A stretch of DNA of 64,000 bases from Gemmataceae bacterium (GCA_040289265.1 PSKW01000012.1:11900-75899), one strand, 5' to 3'. Positions 38,571 through 48,923 are shown, numbered from the stretch's first letter. Translations and numbers: made by a program. The notes: generated from the sequence alone by a model not told the origin.

Positions 38571-40916
38571 TTAGACAAACTCCTCCCAAGGCGGCTGGTA
38601 GAGATCGTCGAGCGAGGCAAAAAGCAGATCGTGTGCCCGGCGCAGCGTCGAGAGCACCGTCACAGGTTCGGCAGAGTCCCGATAGATAGGCATCTGGTAA
38701 GACTGAGTAAAAGCAAAGGTGAAAGCCTGGCGGGTGCGGTTATAAACCAGCGACTGTCCCGTTCCCCCGGAGTTATTGCCACTCGAAGTGCCTGAGGAGT
38801 CGCCGGTCCCCGGAGGCAACACTCCCCCAGGCGGTCGCGTGTCAGAAAACCCGCTCGCGCCGCCACTGTCGCCGGGAACTTGTCCCAGTCTGGCTCCCGT
38901 CAAGGCGTGGAAAGTGCGCACATAAGCTTTGGGCTGCGAGCTGTTGATCCGACTCAAGCTGATGACGTCGTCGCTGCCGTCGCCGTTGACATCGGCCATC
39001 ACAAAGACATCGTCGCTATCGAAGGCACCCGCGGTGCCACTGCCATGAAATATCGTACTGATCAACTGGAACGAGTCGCGCACGCCCGGCGTCAACGGCC
39101 GCGGCTGCAGAATCGCATAGGCTGCTTGTGTCGCACTGCTGGAATTGACCAATAGCAACACCGACTGGCGCTGACCGTCATTGATCACGTGCCCGGCACT
39201 GACATGGTCCCCGATCTCATCGTATCCAGGAAAAACGCTGTTTTCCCCAGGCCGCGCAAAGTTCCAATCGAAGAACCGGTAAAAGCCACGGTAGGGGCCC
39301 GCAGCCACCCCCGGTGCGTCTGCCAAGGACACCATACCAATAAAACCTTTGTTCGTGGTTCTATAGTTCTGCGGATCGGGTACACGATTGACCAGGATCA
39401 GGTCGTCGAAGCCGTCGCCGTTCATGTCGCTGGCAACGGCTTCGTCCGTAGGATCGGTCCACCCGCCGAAAATGACACCGTCATGATACGATGTAAAGGT
39501 CACTTGGCCGGTGACCAGATCCAACGTGCGCAAGGCGATGGTATCAGGCGTCACAGCGGTACGATTGAAAAACAGGGCCTCCAGGTGGTCCACCCGTGTA
39601 AAATGTCCTACCAAGATGACATCTTCCGGGTCTACCAGTCCGGCGAACAGCGTGCGATAACTACCCTGTGGGGTCAGATCGTCGTAGTTCCACAGCTTCA
39701 GGACGCGGCCTGTGCGCGCTTCGACCACGCGCAGGAAAGCATTGCCCAGTCCCGCTCCGGAGGCGCTGGCGCCATTGATCTGGATAATCTCGACTACGCC
39801 GTCACCGTTGACATCGCCGAAAAGCGTCTTGTCCGTCGGGTCTACCCAGCCGTCAAATCCACCCAGGGGATGATCGTAAGCGGCTATCTTGTTGCCAGTG
39901 ACGGCATTGAAAACCAAAACAGCGGGCGGATCGCTCAGATCGGCGTTGATCAAAACCACACCGGCGGCTGCCACGCCAGGCAGAATAGTGCCGGCACCGA
40001 TCAAATCGCCCGACTGGCCGAAACTGTCTATGTCGGTCACCTGGTCCGGCTTGAATACGTCGCGCTTGACATTTTGGGTGCCGAGCGAAACGGAGAAATG
40101 GACCGTGAAATCAGCCCGCGCAGCCATGACCCGATAATCGCCGGGGGGTAGCTCTAGGCGATATCCTCCCGTAGCGCTGGAGGTCGTACTGAACTGCTGC
40201 CCTGTAAGGAGGTGCGTAGCCACAATCTGCACATTGCCCAGCCCCTCGCCCGGGTCATAAGCTCCGTTGTGGTTCTGATCGTCCACTACTACGCCCAACA
40301 GGAAAGGCCCGCGGCCGTCCCGGTTGCCGAACATTTCCGTAGCCATGACGGTGTAAGGATAGGTCGTCCCCTGCCACGTAAAGGAGCCTTGGACCGTGGC
40401 CGCTGCCCCTTCTTCATAATCGGGGTCCAGCATCACCCTCCGATGGGTGGGCGAAATGAACAGATCTTCGTGCATTTGCCGCACTACCTGAGCGACATCT
40501 ACCGGCGTCATGCTGGAGCGAAAGGCCAGGTTTTCCCCGATACTCGTCCACACGTATCCTGCCAGGTCGGCGCGATCGCCCGGCGTACTGCCGTTGTAAG
40601 GATCTATGTGGTCGAAAAAGTTGAGTGTCAGCATGCGTGTGGAGTGGCCAAAGGCAGCCGTGAAAAGCCGATCCTCCCACGCCAGCGGCTGCTTGGGATC
40701 TGGTGAAATGGTACCAGGCGGCAAACCCTGATTGAGGTCGCCGCCCAGCAGTCGGTCTGCCAATTCCTGCGGATGGGCGCGAGCGTAATTGATCAACTCG
40801 AATAAAAGCTGATCGTACTGCGTCCCACTGGGGACCCATCGTTCTTCCAGCCGCTCAATGCTCAAGCGTGCCAAAGTCGTCGGCATAAAGCAATGACCCT
40901 TTCGACGTCCGACCAT
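38571..40916 (-). CDS. large exported protein with a CAP/SCP (PR-1-like) domain, a beta-sandwich region and FG-GAP/VCBS repeats
   Basis: The CAP-like region reads INYARAHP..WEDRLFTAAFGHSTRMLTLNFFDHIDP..GENLAF. The repeats include DVNGDGVVEI, DMNGDGFDDLILV and DVNGDGSDDVI. The N-terminus is LARLSIERLEERWVPS, with no hydrophobic signal peptide. Confidence 0.85.
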   Translation of the reverse strand: MVGRRKGHCFMPTTLARLSIERLEERWVPSGTQYDQLLFELINYARAHPQELADRLLGGDLNQGLPPGTISPDPKQPLAWEDRLFTAAFGHSTRMLTLNFFDHIDPYNGSTPGDRADLAGYVWTSIGENLAFRSSMTPVDVAQVVRQMHEDLFISPTHRRVMLDPDYEEGAAATVQGSFTWQGTTYPYTVMATEMFGNRDGRGPFLLGVVVDDQNHNGAYDPGEGLGNVQIVATHLLTGQQFSTTSSATGGYRLELPPGDYRVMAARADFTVHFSVSLGTQNVKRDVFKPDQVTDIDSFGQSGDLIGAGTILPGVAAAGVVLINADLSDPPAVLVFNAVTGNKIAAYDHPLGGFDGWVDPTDKTLFGDVNGDGVVEIIQINGASASGAGLGNAFLRVVEARTGRVLKLWNYDDLTPQGSYRTLFAGLVDPEDVILVGHFTRVDHLEALFFNRTAVTPDTIALRTLDLVTGQVTFTSYHDGVIFGGWTDPTDEAVASDMNGDGFDDLILVNRVPDPQNYRTTNKGFIGMVSLADAPGVAAGPYRGFYRFFDWNFARPGENSVFPGYDEIGDHVSAGHVINDGQRQSVLLLVNSSSATQAAYAILQPRPLTPGVRDSFQLISTIFHGSGTAGAFDSDDVFVMADVNGDGSDDVISLSRINSSQPKAYVRTFHALTGARLGQVPGDSGGASGFSDTRPPGGVLPPGTGDSSGTSSGNNSGGTGQSLVYNRTRQAFTFAFTQSYQMPIYRDSAEPVTVLSTLRRAHDLLFASLDDLYQPPWEEFV

Positions 40917-41075
40917 TGTCGCCGCCGGCCCGCTTCCCTGCCACTCGTCCTATATATGTATGACGCCCAGGTATGCTGTTCCGTTCCCGAACAATCGGAC
41001 CTGGTCAGCGGCCGATGGGGCAGCGATGAGAAAAAAATGAAATTCTCGCCATCCCCTTTTACGTCCCAGTGCCTC

Positions 41076-42368
41076 TCAGCAGGCGCTAGTCAATTTATCG
41101 TAAACGGAGACTTGGTCAGAATCAACTGCAAAAAGGTCAAAATGATACACTTCCACCGACTCGCCGGGAGCATAACCCTCCCGGTCCCGCGGCACCACCA
41201 CGAATCCATCGGCCCGTGTCGTGGTACTCAACAGCGATGCGCCGCTGACTGCCAAAGGAACTACTCCTTCGGGACGCACCTGGACCCGCACATAGTCAAC
41301 TCGGCCAATGGCGGAAACGATTTTTTGGGCCAAAATCCGTTTGCGACACGGATAGGGCCAATGTTCCTGTAATCCGGCCATGCGCCGTAGCGCCAGCCCG
41401 GCGAAAAAGTCGTAGGCTGCCAGGCACGACACGGGATTGCCGGGCAGCAGAAAAACCGGCTTGTGGCCCAACCAACCCAGTCCGGCAGGGGAGCTAGGCC
41501 GCATGGCCACTCCGTGTACAACTAACTCCCCCAATTCTGCCAAGACCAGTGGTGCGTGATCCTCCGGTCCCACGGACGATCCGCCCGAGACCAGCAGCAT
41601 GTCCGCGTTATCCTCGAGCAAAGCGTGCCGGATGGCCTCGGGACGATCGGGAACGATGGCGCCGGTCAGTGGCACGCCCCCATCCCGACGTACCAGCGCC
41701 TCCAGCATCACCGAATTGCTGTCCACGATAAAGGCATCATGGGGCACGCTGCCCGGGGGCAACAATTCATCGCCGGTGATCAAGATGCGCACGCGTGGCT
41801 GCACGACCACCGGGACCTCTGCGATACCTGCCGCAGCCAATACGGCGACGTCTTGCGGACGCAGCACCCGGCGCGACGGCAATAGTACCTCGCCTTGGGC
41901 AACATCTTCGCCCCGGCAACTGACATGCCTACCAGGGGCAAACCCCTCCGTCACCCGCACCACTGGACCGGCCACCTCGGTATACTCGGCAGGCACTACC
42001 GTATCCGCTCCTAAGGGCATCGGTGCGCCTGTCATGATACGTACTGCCTGCCCGGGCCCGACGTGTCCGGCAAACGATCGCCCCGGCCGCGACTCCCCCA
42101 CGATAACGAACTCCAGCGGCTGATACGGGCTAGCTCCCGTAGTTTCCTCCCCCCGCACGGCAAAGCCATCCATCGCCGCTCGGTCGAAGGGAGGCAGGGG
42201 CATCGGCGCTACGCAAGCCTCGGCCAAGACACGACCGGCCGCCTGACGCACCGGCACCTTTTCCCACCCCAACCGGTGGACGCGGGCACGGATCAGCTCG
42301 ATCACCGCACCGACTTCGGTCCGCTGACGGAAGCCACGCATGCGCACATCCCGATCGGCCGCGCTCAT
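41076..42368 (-). CDS. moeA: molybdopterin molybdenumtransferase
   Basis: This is ORF 41076..42761 trimmed to the ATG at 42368, which overlaps the upstream stop as ATGA. MoeA motifs are PLPPFDRAAMDGFAV, RIMTGAPMP, GDEL, and the block LLVSGGSSVGPEDH..LPGNPVS. Confidence 0.9.
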   Translation of the reverse strand: MSAADRDVRMRGFRQRTEVGAVIELIRARVHRLGWEKVPVRQAAGRVLAEACVAPMPLPPFDRAAMDGFAVRGEETTGASPYQPLEFVIVGESRPGRSFAGHVGPGQAVRIMTGAPMPLGADTVVPAEYTEVAGPVVRVTEGFAPGRHVSCRGEDVAQGEVLLPSRRVLRPQDVAVLAAAGIAEVPVVVQPRVRILITGDELLPPGSVPHDAFIVDSNSVMLEALVRRDGGVPLTGAIVPDRPEAIRHALLEDNADMLLVSGGSSVGPEDHAPLVLAELGELVVHGVAMRPSSPAGLGWLGHKPVFLLPGNPVSCLAAYDFFAGLALRRMAGLQEHWPYPCRKRILAQKIVSAIGRVDYVRVQVRPEGVVPLAVSGASLLSTTTRADGFVVVPRDREGYAPGESVEVYHFDLFAVDSDQVSVYDKLTSAC

Positions 42369-44743
42369 GGTCCTTTTGCTCCACCTGCTTGCCCGCGCAA
42401 AGGCTGCCAGCGCAAATGGCGGCCCAAAAAATCGAACGTTCCCCGACCGTGGATTTCGTGCCCGCCGGCGAAAAACTCGATCGCCGTGCGCTCGGCTATC
42501 CCCAAGCGCGCATAAAGACGGCGCACTTTCGCATACTCGTACGCCACCCACTCGTCTAGGCCCACCCCATCGTTGTGTCCTCGCTCCACCATAAAAGGAC
42601 GCGGACAAATCAGGGCCGCCATCTCTGCGTAGTTGAAGGTCCGTGCCAAATTGAATTCCGGCATCTCGTACTCGCCAGAATACAGATAACTGCCGGCAAA
42701 ATCGTACGCCGCGTTTTTCCACACCCACTCGTTGAAGTCCCCGGAGCAGATCGAAAGACAATACCGTTTGAGGATGGCGGGCACTCGCATGGCTGTCTTG
42801 CCCCCGTACGACAAGCCGTAAAACGCTATGCGTTCCGGATCCACAAAGGGCAGACTCACCAACCAGTCGAGAATCCGTTCGTGCTGCCGCACGATGAAAG
42901 AAAACAGCGACAGCTTGAGGGGGTTGGCCTTGCGCTGTAATTGCCGAAAGTGGGTGCCGAAAATGTAGGGATTCTGCGGGGCAAACACCACCAATCCCAG
43001 CCGGGCTAGCTGAGCCCCGAACGAATTGTAATAAGGCGTCCGCTTTTCCGGATGCACCACGTCACTGGGCCGGCCCTCCAGACCGTGTTGACACACGACC
43101 GTCGGCCGCCGCTCCCCTGCCTTGAGCCCTTTCGGTACGCACAGAATACCCGTGGCTACGACGTCGGCATAGACATCCAGGACGACCTCGTACGCGTACC
43201 AGTCCCCGGTGTGAATCAGCCGTGTGCGCGGCCGGGGCGGCAGCTCCGCCGACGGTAAAGCCCCGATCACCTCGCGCCAAAAGAACTCGCGCAATGGCTC
43301 CACCGACTGTTCGTACCGTTCCACATTGCCATAATCCAGTTTGCTCCAGAAAAAATTGTGACGTTCCATCTCGCTGTCGCGCATCACTTTCTGGCCATAA
43401 GCGACCAGCTCGTCGAAATGGCGCTGCAGATCGAGCGAGCGCACCTCGGTAGCAGAAACGGCTTCTACTCGCTGCGTTACTTTTCTCTCCAAACGTGCCG
43501 GCTCGCCCCCCAGCGGCCCGATACCCAGGAGGGCACTCAACGTCTCGTAGAAACGCAGGTCCTTGCCATCGAACCACTCCAGCGGACGGCGCGGAAAACG
43601 ATCTGCCGGTGGGAGTTGTCGCACAATGCGCAAGAACTCCTTGTGCGATTCATCAGCGGTCGCATCTACAAATTGCGCCGGAGCCGCTCCGCCGCGGCCC
43701 GGCCTCTCCGGCGGGTGGGTGATTTGCGGGCCGCCGAGGTGTTGGATCAGCAGGGCACGTGGTACCACCAAGTATATCAGTTCGCCGTCCCCGCACAGGA
43801 CCAGTCGCTCCCAGACATTGCGGTAAATCGGCTCCCGCCACAGGCCTTCGCGAGGCCCGAAGTACCCGTGCACGACCGTCAGGTCAATCTGCGGGTCTAT
43901 TGCCCCGGCGTACAAGGCCAACACGGCTCCTTCACCGTACCCCATGACGGCGACCGGCCCCTGCTGGCCCGTCGGCTGACTTTTCATCCACTGCACCAAA
44001 GCCGCCACCATCTGCAACTCCCACCCCAGCAGATGGCATCCTAGCTCGTAGGCCATACGGTACAAAAACTCCCGATGGGGCTGATTGGTAGCGCGGCCCA
44101 GACGGGCGTTGCCGGACCACCGATCGGACCGGTCCACGAGCAGCGGAACGATCACGCGACAGCCAGCTTCTGCCAGTCGTAGGGGCAAGCGAGCGGGCGG
44201 CTCCGGCCCCGCAGTCAACCCGCAGGCTTGCAAGGGATGGCAGTCGGCATCGGGTAGGTAAACGACCTGTGCACGCGCCGACTCCCTGGGCTCCAGCAAT
44301 ATGCCCTTGCCGTCTACTCCAGGCAAGGCATCCCAGCGGATTGCGTAGGCGCGTATGCGGGCGCTTTCGGCCAATATCGGAGTACGCTCCAGTGGTCCCA
44401 ACACGACTTCGGTACGCACGTGGACCTGGTCTATCGGCTGTGCCGCCATGCCGAGCACCTGGCGCAATCTCTGCCGCATCGGTTCCACCGAGCGCGCATA
44501 AGCCTGTGCCGAAGAAAAATCGAGTCGCCAGCGGTGCCGACGGTCGGCAGCCACCTGCCGCGTGCGCCGATCCAAGTACCGATGCAAGCCGTCCACCAAA
44601 AGACGGGCCAAATCGCCCGACTCGGTGAGCGGCTCCGTGCCGGGCAAAGCGTGCGGTTCGTCCGCCTGCAGCCGTCCCAGCCCGAGCAGTGTCAGCCCGG
44701 CAGCCACAAATGTTCGTCGCGTGCATAGCAAACTCGGTGGCAT
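42365..44743 (-). CDS. Tat-signal alpha/beta-hydrolase-fold protein with two tandem hydrolase-like halves
   Basis: This is ORF 42365..44800 trimmed to the ATG at 44743. It has the twin-arginine motif TRRTFVAAGLTLLGL. The C-terminal half has the nucleophile elbow FYGLSYGGK (GxSxG) and resembles dienelactone-hydrolase or acetyl-xylan-esterase proteins. The N-terminal half has GYGEG at the equivalent position, with no Ser. Confidence 0.8.
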   Translation of the reverse strand: MPPSLLCTRRTFVAAGLTLLGLGRLQADEPHALPGTEPLTESGDLARLLVDGLHRYLDRRTRQVAADRRHRWRLDFSSAQAYARSVEPMRQRLRQVLGMAAQPIDQVHVRTEVVLGPLERTPILAESARIRAYAIRWDALPGVDGKGILLEPRESARAQVVYLPDADCHPLQACGLTAGPEPPARLPLRLAEAGCRVIVPLLVDRSDRWSGNARLGRATNQPHREFLYRMAYELGCHLLGWELQMVAALVQWMKSQPTGQQGPVAVMGYGEGAVLALYAGAIDPQIDLTVVHGYFGPREGLWREPIYRNVWERLVLCGDGELIYLVVPRALLIQHLGGPQITHPPERPGRGGAAPAQFVDATADESHKEFLRIVRQLPPADRFPRRPLEWFDGKDLRFYETLSALLGIGPLGGEPARLERKVTQRVEAVSATEVRSLDLQRHFDELVAYGQKVMRDSEMERHNFFWSKLDYGNVERYEQSVEPLREFFWREVIGALPSAELPPRPRTRLIHTGDWYAYEVVLDVYADVVATGILCVPKGLKAGERRPTVVCQHGLEGRPSDVVHPEKRTPYYNSFGAQLARLGLVVFAPQNPYIFGTHFRQLQRKANPLKLSLFSFIVRQHERILDWLVSLPFVDPERIAFYGLSYGGKTAMRVPAILKRYCLSICSGDFNEWVWKNAAYDFAGSYLYSGEYEMPEFNLARTFNYAEMAALICPRPFMVERGHNDGVGLDEWVAYEYAKVRRLYARLGIAERTAIEFFAGGHEIHGRGTFDFLGRHLRWQPLRGQAGGAKGP

Positions 44744-44903
44744 AGCCCTTTTCCCCAGCGAGTGACTCCCTGCGTCTGTGCCGACATCGGCCGACGCCAT
44801 CTGCCCCTAGCGCATTGTAAAATACCCGTCGTCGTGCGCAAGCAGCGCCTGATGCTCGACAATACAGGCCCGACGTACAGCCGGCTGCACGAGGTTCCTG
44901 ACA

Positions 44904-45749
44904 ATGCCGACCAGCAACCCGACTTGGACACGAACTGCCTATCTTTTTTGGAGCGCTCTGGGGGCGCGGGCTTATCCGCGGCTCGTCTGGCTAGTACGTG
45001 CCCCTAGCTGGCTTTTGCAAGAAACCCTCCTGCCGCTTTTGGGTATAGCGGCTTTTGTACTCGTCTACCGAACCTTCGGCGCGCCGCCTGCTTTCGAAGG
45101 CTTCGTCGTTTTGGGAGGTACGATGAGCGCCTTTTGGCTCAATGTCTTGTGGTCTATGGGCGCACAACTCTACTGGGAAAGGGATGCGGGCAATTTGGAG
45201 CTCTATATCATTGCCCCAGCGCCGATGATGGCTATTTTGGCAGGAATGGCCTTGGGCGGTATCTGCACCACCCTCGTGCGCGCAACCGTCATCTTGCTTG
45301 CGGGAAGCATAATCTTCGACGTACACTTGGGGCACCCGGAAACATCTTGGCTAGCGGTAGCGGGCGTCTTTGTGGTCACCTTATTGGCTCTCTATGGATT
45401 AGGGATGTGTTTTGCGTCGGCCTTTTTGTTGTGGGGGCGCGAGGCATGGCATACAGTCCATTTGCTGCAGGAGCCGGTCTATCTACTCTCCGGAGTCAAT
45501 TATCCGTTGCGGTATCTGGGGCAACCGACCGCCTGGGCTGCCTCCCTCATCCCTATGAGCCTGGGCATAGATGCGCTGCGACAATTGCTCTTTCCTCCTG
45601 AACAGGCGGTAGGTTTCTTGCCGGTCCCGGCCGAGTTGGCTCTCTTGACGGTTTTGACGATCGCTTATCTGATCCTGGCCCGGTGGCTATTGGCAGTCTT
45701 GGAAAAGAAAGCACGTGCCGAAGGGCGTCTCATCCTCAAGCAGCATTGA
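44904..45749 (+). CDS. ABC-2 type transporter permease
   Basis: The 281-aa protein has 6 TM helices. The ABC-2 family pattern includes ERDAGNLELYIIAP. There is no ATPase gene next to it. Confidence 0.8.
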   Translation: MPTSNPTWTRTAYLFWSALGARAYPRLVWLVRAPSWLLQETLLPLLGIAAFVLVYRTFGAPPAFEGFVVLGGTMSAFWLNVLWSMGAQLYWERDAGNLELYIIAPAPMMAILAGMALGGICTTLVRATVILLAGSIIFDVHLGHPETSWLAVAGVFVVTLLALYGLGMCFASAFLLWGREAWHTVHLLQEPVYLLSGVNYPLRYLGQPTAWAASLIPMSLGIDALRQLLFPPEQAVGFLPVPAELALLTVLTIAYLILARWLLAVLEKKARAEGRLILKQH

Positions 45750-45929
45750 GCCACTCCTTCACCATGAGGCCACGGCACACACAAACAGAGCCGTACACGC
45801 AGGTCCCAACAGCCGGCGCCTGGGGCATCTGCCAGCGGCGGTCTGGATGCGCTAACCATCCCCAAAGCAGAAGCCTACCCCTAGCACCCCTGCAGCGGAA
45901 ACAGCCGAACGTGCATAGGGCACCGAAGC

Positions 45930-46547
45930 ATGAGCCTCAATCTCATTAGTCTGTTTCAGCTTTACTTGTTTGCCACCTTTTTATTGAGCATCTACGTGCG
46001 CTACCGGCAGTATCGCGATCTGGCGGCGTTGATACTCAGCACGCCGGAACGTTGGCCCCGACTCCTGGCGCTGATCCATAAACATCGCAGCGTCCTGTTC
46101 CCGAACAAGACGCTGATACCGACCGTATTGACCTTCAGCCTGATGGCGGCCCATGCCGTGCTTTATTACATGATCTTGCCTGAAGCAGAAACGACGCCCG
46201 ACAAATTGGTGCACACCTGGTACCTAGGACTACCCACTCTGATCCTCGGGCTGCTCATGCTCTACTTGGACTATGATGCTATCTTCAACGTTTGGAAGGT
46301 GGACCGGCAGCAAATCGAACAGCAATTGGACCAAGCCGAGTATTGGCTCGGGTCCTGGGTATCGCCGGTGATCCGCTTCTTCACGCTGGGCCGTATAGAT
46401 CCGCGACGCATGGTCAGCGACCAAGTGCTCAAAGCTTTGACGCAAGCGAGCATGGATCTGCATCGTATGATGTGGCGCTGGGGCGGGCAGATCGCCGTGC
46501 GCATCGGCTTCGCTCTAGGATTGTGGCTAACGTGGGTTTTTGCCTGA
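45930..46547 (+). CDS. hypothetical membrane protein
   Basis: The 205-aa ORF has several TM helices. I recognised no family. Confidence 0.55.
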   Translation: MSLNLISLFQLYLFATFLLSIYVRYRQYRDLAALILSTPERWPRLLALIHKHRSVLFPNKTLIPTVLTFSLMAAHAVLYYMILPEAETTPDKLVHTWYLGLPTLILGLLMLYLDYDAIFNVWKVDRQQIEQQLDQAEYWLGSWVSPVIRFFTLGRIDPRRMVSDQVLKALTQASMDLHRMMWRWGGQIAVRIGFALGLWLTWVFA

Positions 46548-46704
46548 CAGCCGCTGAACAGTGCGGCCAGGTGCGAGCGTGTTCGGCCGAGAGCAAAACG
46601 AGGTCACCCGAAACGCGGGCAGCTGCTGGGGAAGTTGTCATTCGGTGCCTAGCACCGCAGGAACGCTACGTTTGGCTCTGTGGACACAATGCGCCGGCAG
46701 ACGC

Positions 46705-47946
46705 TCAGAATGTAATATCCAGATAAACGGTCGGGCCGTGATAGAGGATACTGCCATTGAAGCGGCCGGCGCCGCGGAAATGATCGAGGTTGAAGTCAAT
46801 CTGATCCACGGCCTCGGCGACGCCGACCAGCCACATCAGTTGATATCCTGCGCGCACCCGGAAAACACCCCGGTAGGCATCCAAGAACAGCCCCGCTTCA
46901 TAGATGTGGCTGAAGCGGTCCGAACTGCGGCCACCCTCGCGGCCCAGCAAACCGTCGCCGCGCACCAAGGCGACATCGTAGTCCACGTTGTTCCAGAACC
47001 ATCCTGCTTTGAGCTCCCAGGCTAATCCTAGCCAGCTGAGGATTTCGGCCCGGCTGGCTAAGCCGATCTGGCCGCCCAGGAGCCGATTGTGCACACGCGA
47101 TGTGTACGTGGCTACTAACGCCGGATCGAAACCGATGGCAATGGTGTCGTCCTCTGTGCGCAAATTGAGTCGCTCCTGCACATCGAGGTAGCGGGCACCG
47201 ATGAGCAATTCCAGACCCTGCCCCGCCTGACCGGTGGACCAGCGCAAGTTGATTTCTCCGTTGGCCATGGTCGTGCGTAATTGCAGCAAGATTGCATCGG
47301 CGTTGTCCCACAGGAAGTTGTTCCCCTCGAAACCCAAGGGGATGTTGAAGAAGAAAGAGGTCAAACGCCCGGGCACAACCCAATTGATCCCTGTGTCCTG
47401 TTCAGGCAGATAAAAGCCGGTGGCCTCCAAGGCGACATCGTCCGAGGCGACACCGATGGCTGCGCGAATGGCCCCGTGCAGCGATGGGTCGAGGTGGTGG
47501 AAATCCGCCGCTAATCGAGCGCCGGAACCAGGGAAAATCCCGTCGTCTACGCCGGTCGGATCCACCACGGCCACGGCCCCATGGCCAAGCCGCTGCCGCT
47601 TCAAGCCCAGCCAACCGACTTGGGCGAAATAAAAGAGCGGGGCCTGCTGACATTCGGGACTTTGCCAATATTCGCACCCGCCGGCATCGGGATCGTATCC
47701 AGGTGGATACGGAGGCGGCATCACCGCCGGGGGGAACGCCTGGCCGGGCAGCATCTGCGGAAATACGGCACTTCCCTGCGGCGGCGACTGGCCCCCTGGA
47801 CCGTATCCTGGATAGCGCGTCAAGTGTGCCGGTTGGACAGGAGCTACCAGCGGCACTGGATCGCCCGGCGCTTGCGCCCACACGGGACTCGCTAGTCCTG
47901 CCAATCCCACGATCATTGCCCACTTGGCCACCGCTCGTTGCCACAT
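46705..47946 (-). CDS. outer-membrane beta-barrel protein (possibly BBP7-like)
   Basis: This is ORF 46705..47982 trimmed to the ATG at 47946. It has the signal peptide MWQRAVAKWAMIVGLAGLASPVWA and a Pro-rich N-terminal segment. Alternating aromatic/Gly beta-strand patterns follow, and it ends in a C-terminal Phe (YLDITF). Confidence 0.65.
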   Translation of the reverse strand: MWQRAVAKWAMIVGLAGLASPVWAQAPGDPVPLVAPVQPAHLTRYPGYGPGGQSPPQGSAVFPQMLPGQAFPPAVMPPPYPPGYDPDAGGCEYWQSPECQQAPLFYFAQVGWLGLKRQRLGHGAVAVVDPTGVDDGIFPGSGARLAADFHHLDPSLHGAIRAAIGVASDDVALEATGFYLPEQDTGINWVVPGRLTSFFFNIPLGFEGNNFLWDNADAILLQLRTTMANGEINLRWSTGQAGQGLELLIGARYLDVQERLNLRTEDDTIAIGFDPALVATYTSRVHNRLLGGQIGLASRAEILSWLGLAWELKAGWFWNNVDYDVALVRGDGLLGREGGRSSDRFSHIYEAGLFLDAYRGVFRVRAGYQLMWLVGVAEAVDQIDFNLDHFRGAGRFNGSILYHGPTVYLDITF

Positions 47947-48086
47947 AGTTCCCACTCCCGTCCCCGGATCCTTCCTTGGCACGCGCTGCTTTCCCTCCGC
48001 CGGTAATCCTTAAGCAGAATCGGCGTCATTTCCCTCAAACTTGAAGGGATCAGAAAAACCCATAGAGGCATCCGATTCGACTGACT

Positions 48087-48923
48087 TTATCCATACTGCC
48101 CACTTTGCCTTTTGACCTTGCGCAGGACAAATACCGCGTCAACAAGATCGTCGTCGAGCCGTCGCGGTCTGGCGCTGTCGAAACGAAAGTCATACGCCCC
48201 GAGCAGTTCCCACTGCCCCGCACTTTTCAGAAGCCTGGTGACTTGTTGCACCGTGTACAGGCGCATCCACTCCGTGCTTTCGATCTTCAAGGTCCGGTCG
48301 CGACGATGGACCCATAAGGTAATGGACCACTTCTCCAAACGACGGCGACGATCCATCGCCACGACCCTCAGCCGCCCAGTAACCTTTAGCTTACCCCGGC
48401 GGCCGGACCAGCGTTCTTCGGCTTCTTCGGCCACATCGAGAGGAAGCACATGAAAGGCCAGGATATAAATGCCTCCGAAACGGAGAGCGCGCCACACCGC
48501 TCGCAAGTGCCGTCGTGCTTCCGCTTCACGGATCACATGTCGGAAGGTATCGAGGGAACACACCGCCACATCTATTGGCTGGCGTAATCTAAAGGAGCAA
48601 ATATCGGCTTGGATCACCTGCGATCGGGGAAACGGCGCTAGTCGCGCCCGGGTGTAGGCGACCATAGCCGGATGGGCGTCGAGGGCAACGACCTGCTTGC
48701 CGCGCGCCGCTAAAGCCCGAGCTATTCTCCCGCTGCCGCATCCCAAGTCGAGCCAGCGCGTGTCGCGGCCGTCGGTATAGCGCCGTGCAATCCGACAGAG
48801 AAACTCCACTTCTTCTGCCGTGCCTTTGCGAAACAGCATGTCGTAATACTGCGGGTAGTCGTACCAATGGCCTTTCAAAACCTGCACGCGTCCAGATTTC
48901 ATCGGACTTTCCTCACTGACCAT
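48087..48923 (-). CDS. class I SAM-dependent methyltransferase
   Basis: Motif I is WLDLGCGSGRIARALAARG and the post-I acidic residue is in VVALD. Confidence 0.8.
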   Translation of the reverse strand: MVSEESPMKSGRVQVLKGHWYDYPQYYDMLFRKGTAEEVEFLCRIARRYTDGRDTRWLDLGCGSGRIARALAARGKQVVALDAHPAMVAYTRARLAPFPRSQVIQADICSFRLRQPIDVAVCSLDTFRHVIREAEARRHLRAVWRALRFGGIYILAFHVLPLDVAEEAEERWSGRRGKLKVTGRLRVVAMDRRRRLEKWSITLWVHRRDRTLKIESTEWMRLYTVQQVTRLLKSAGQWELLGAYDFRFDSARPRRLDDDLVDAVFVLRKVKRQSGQYG

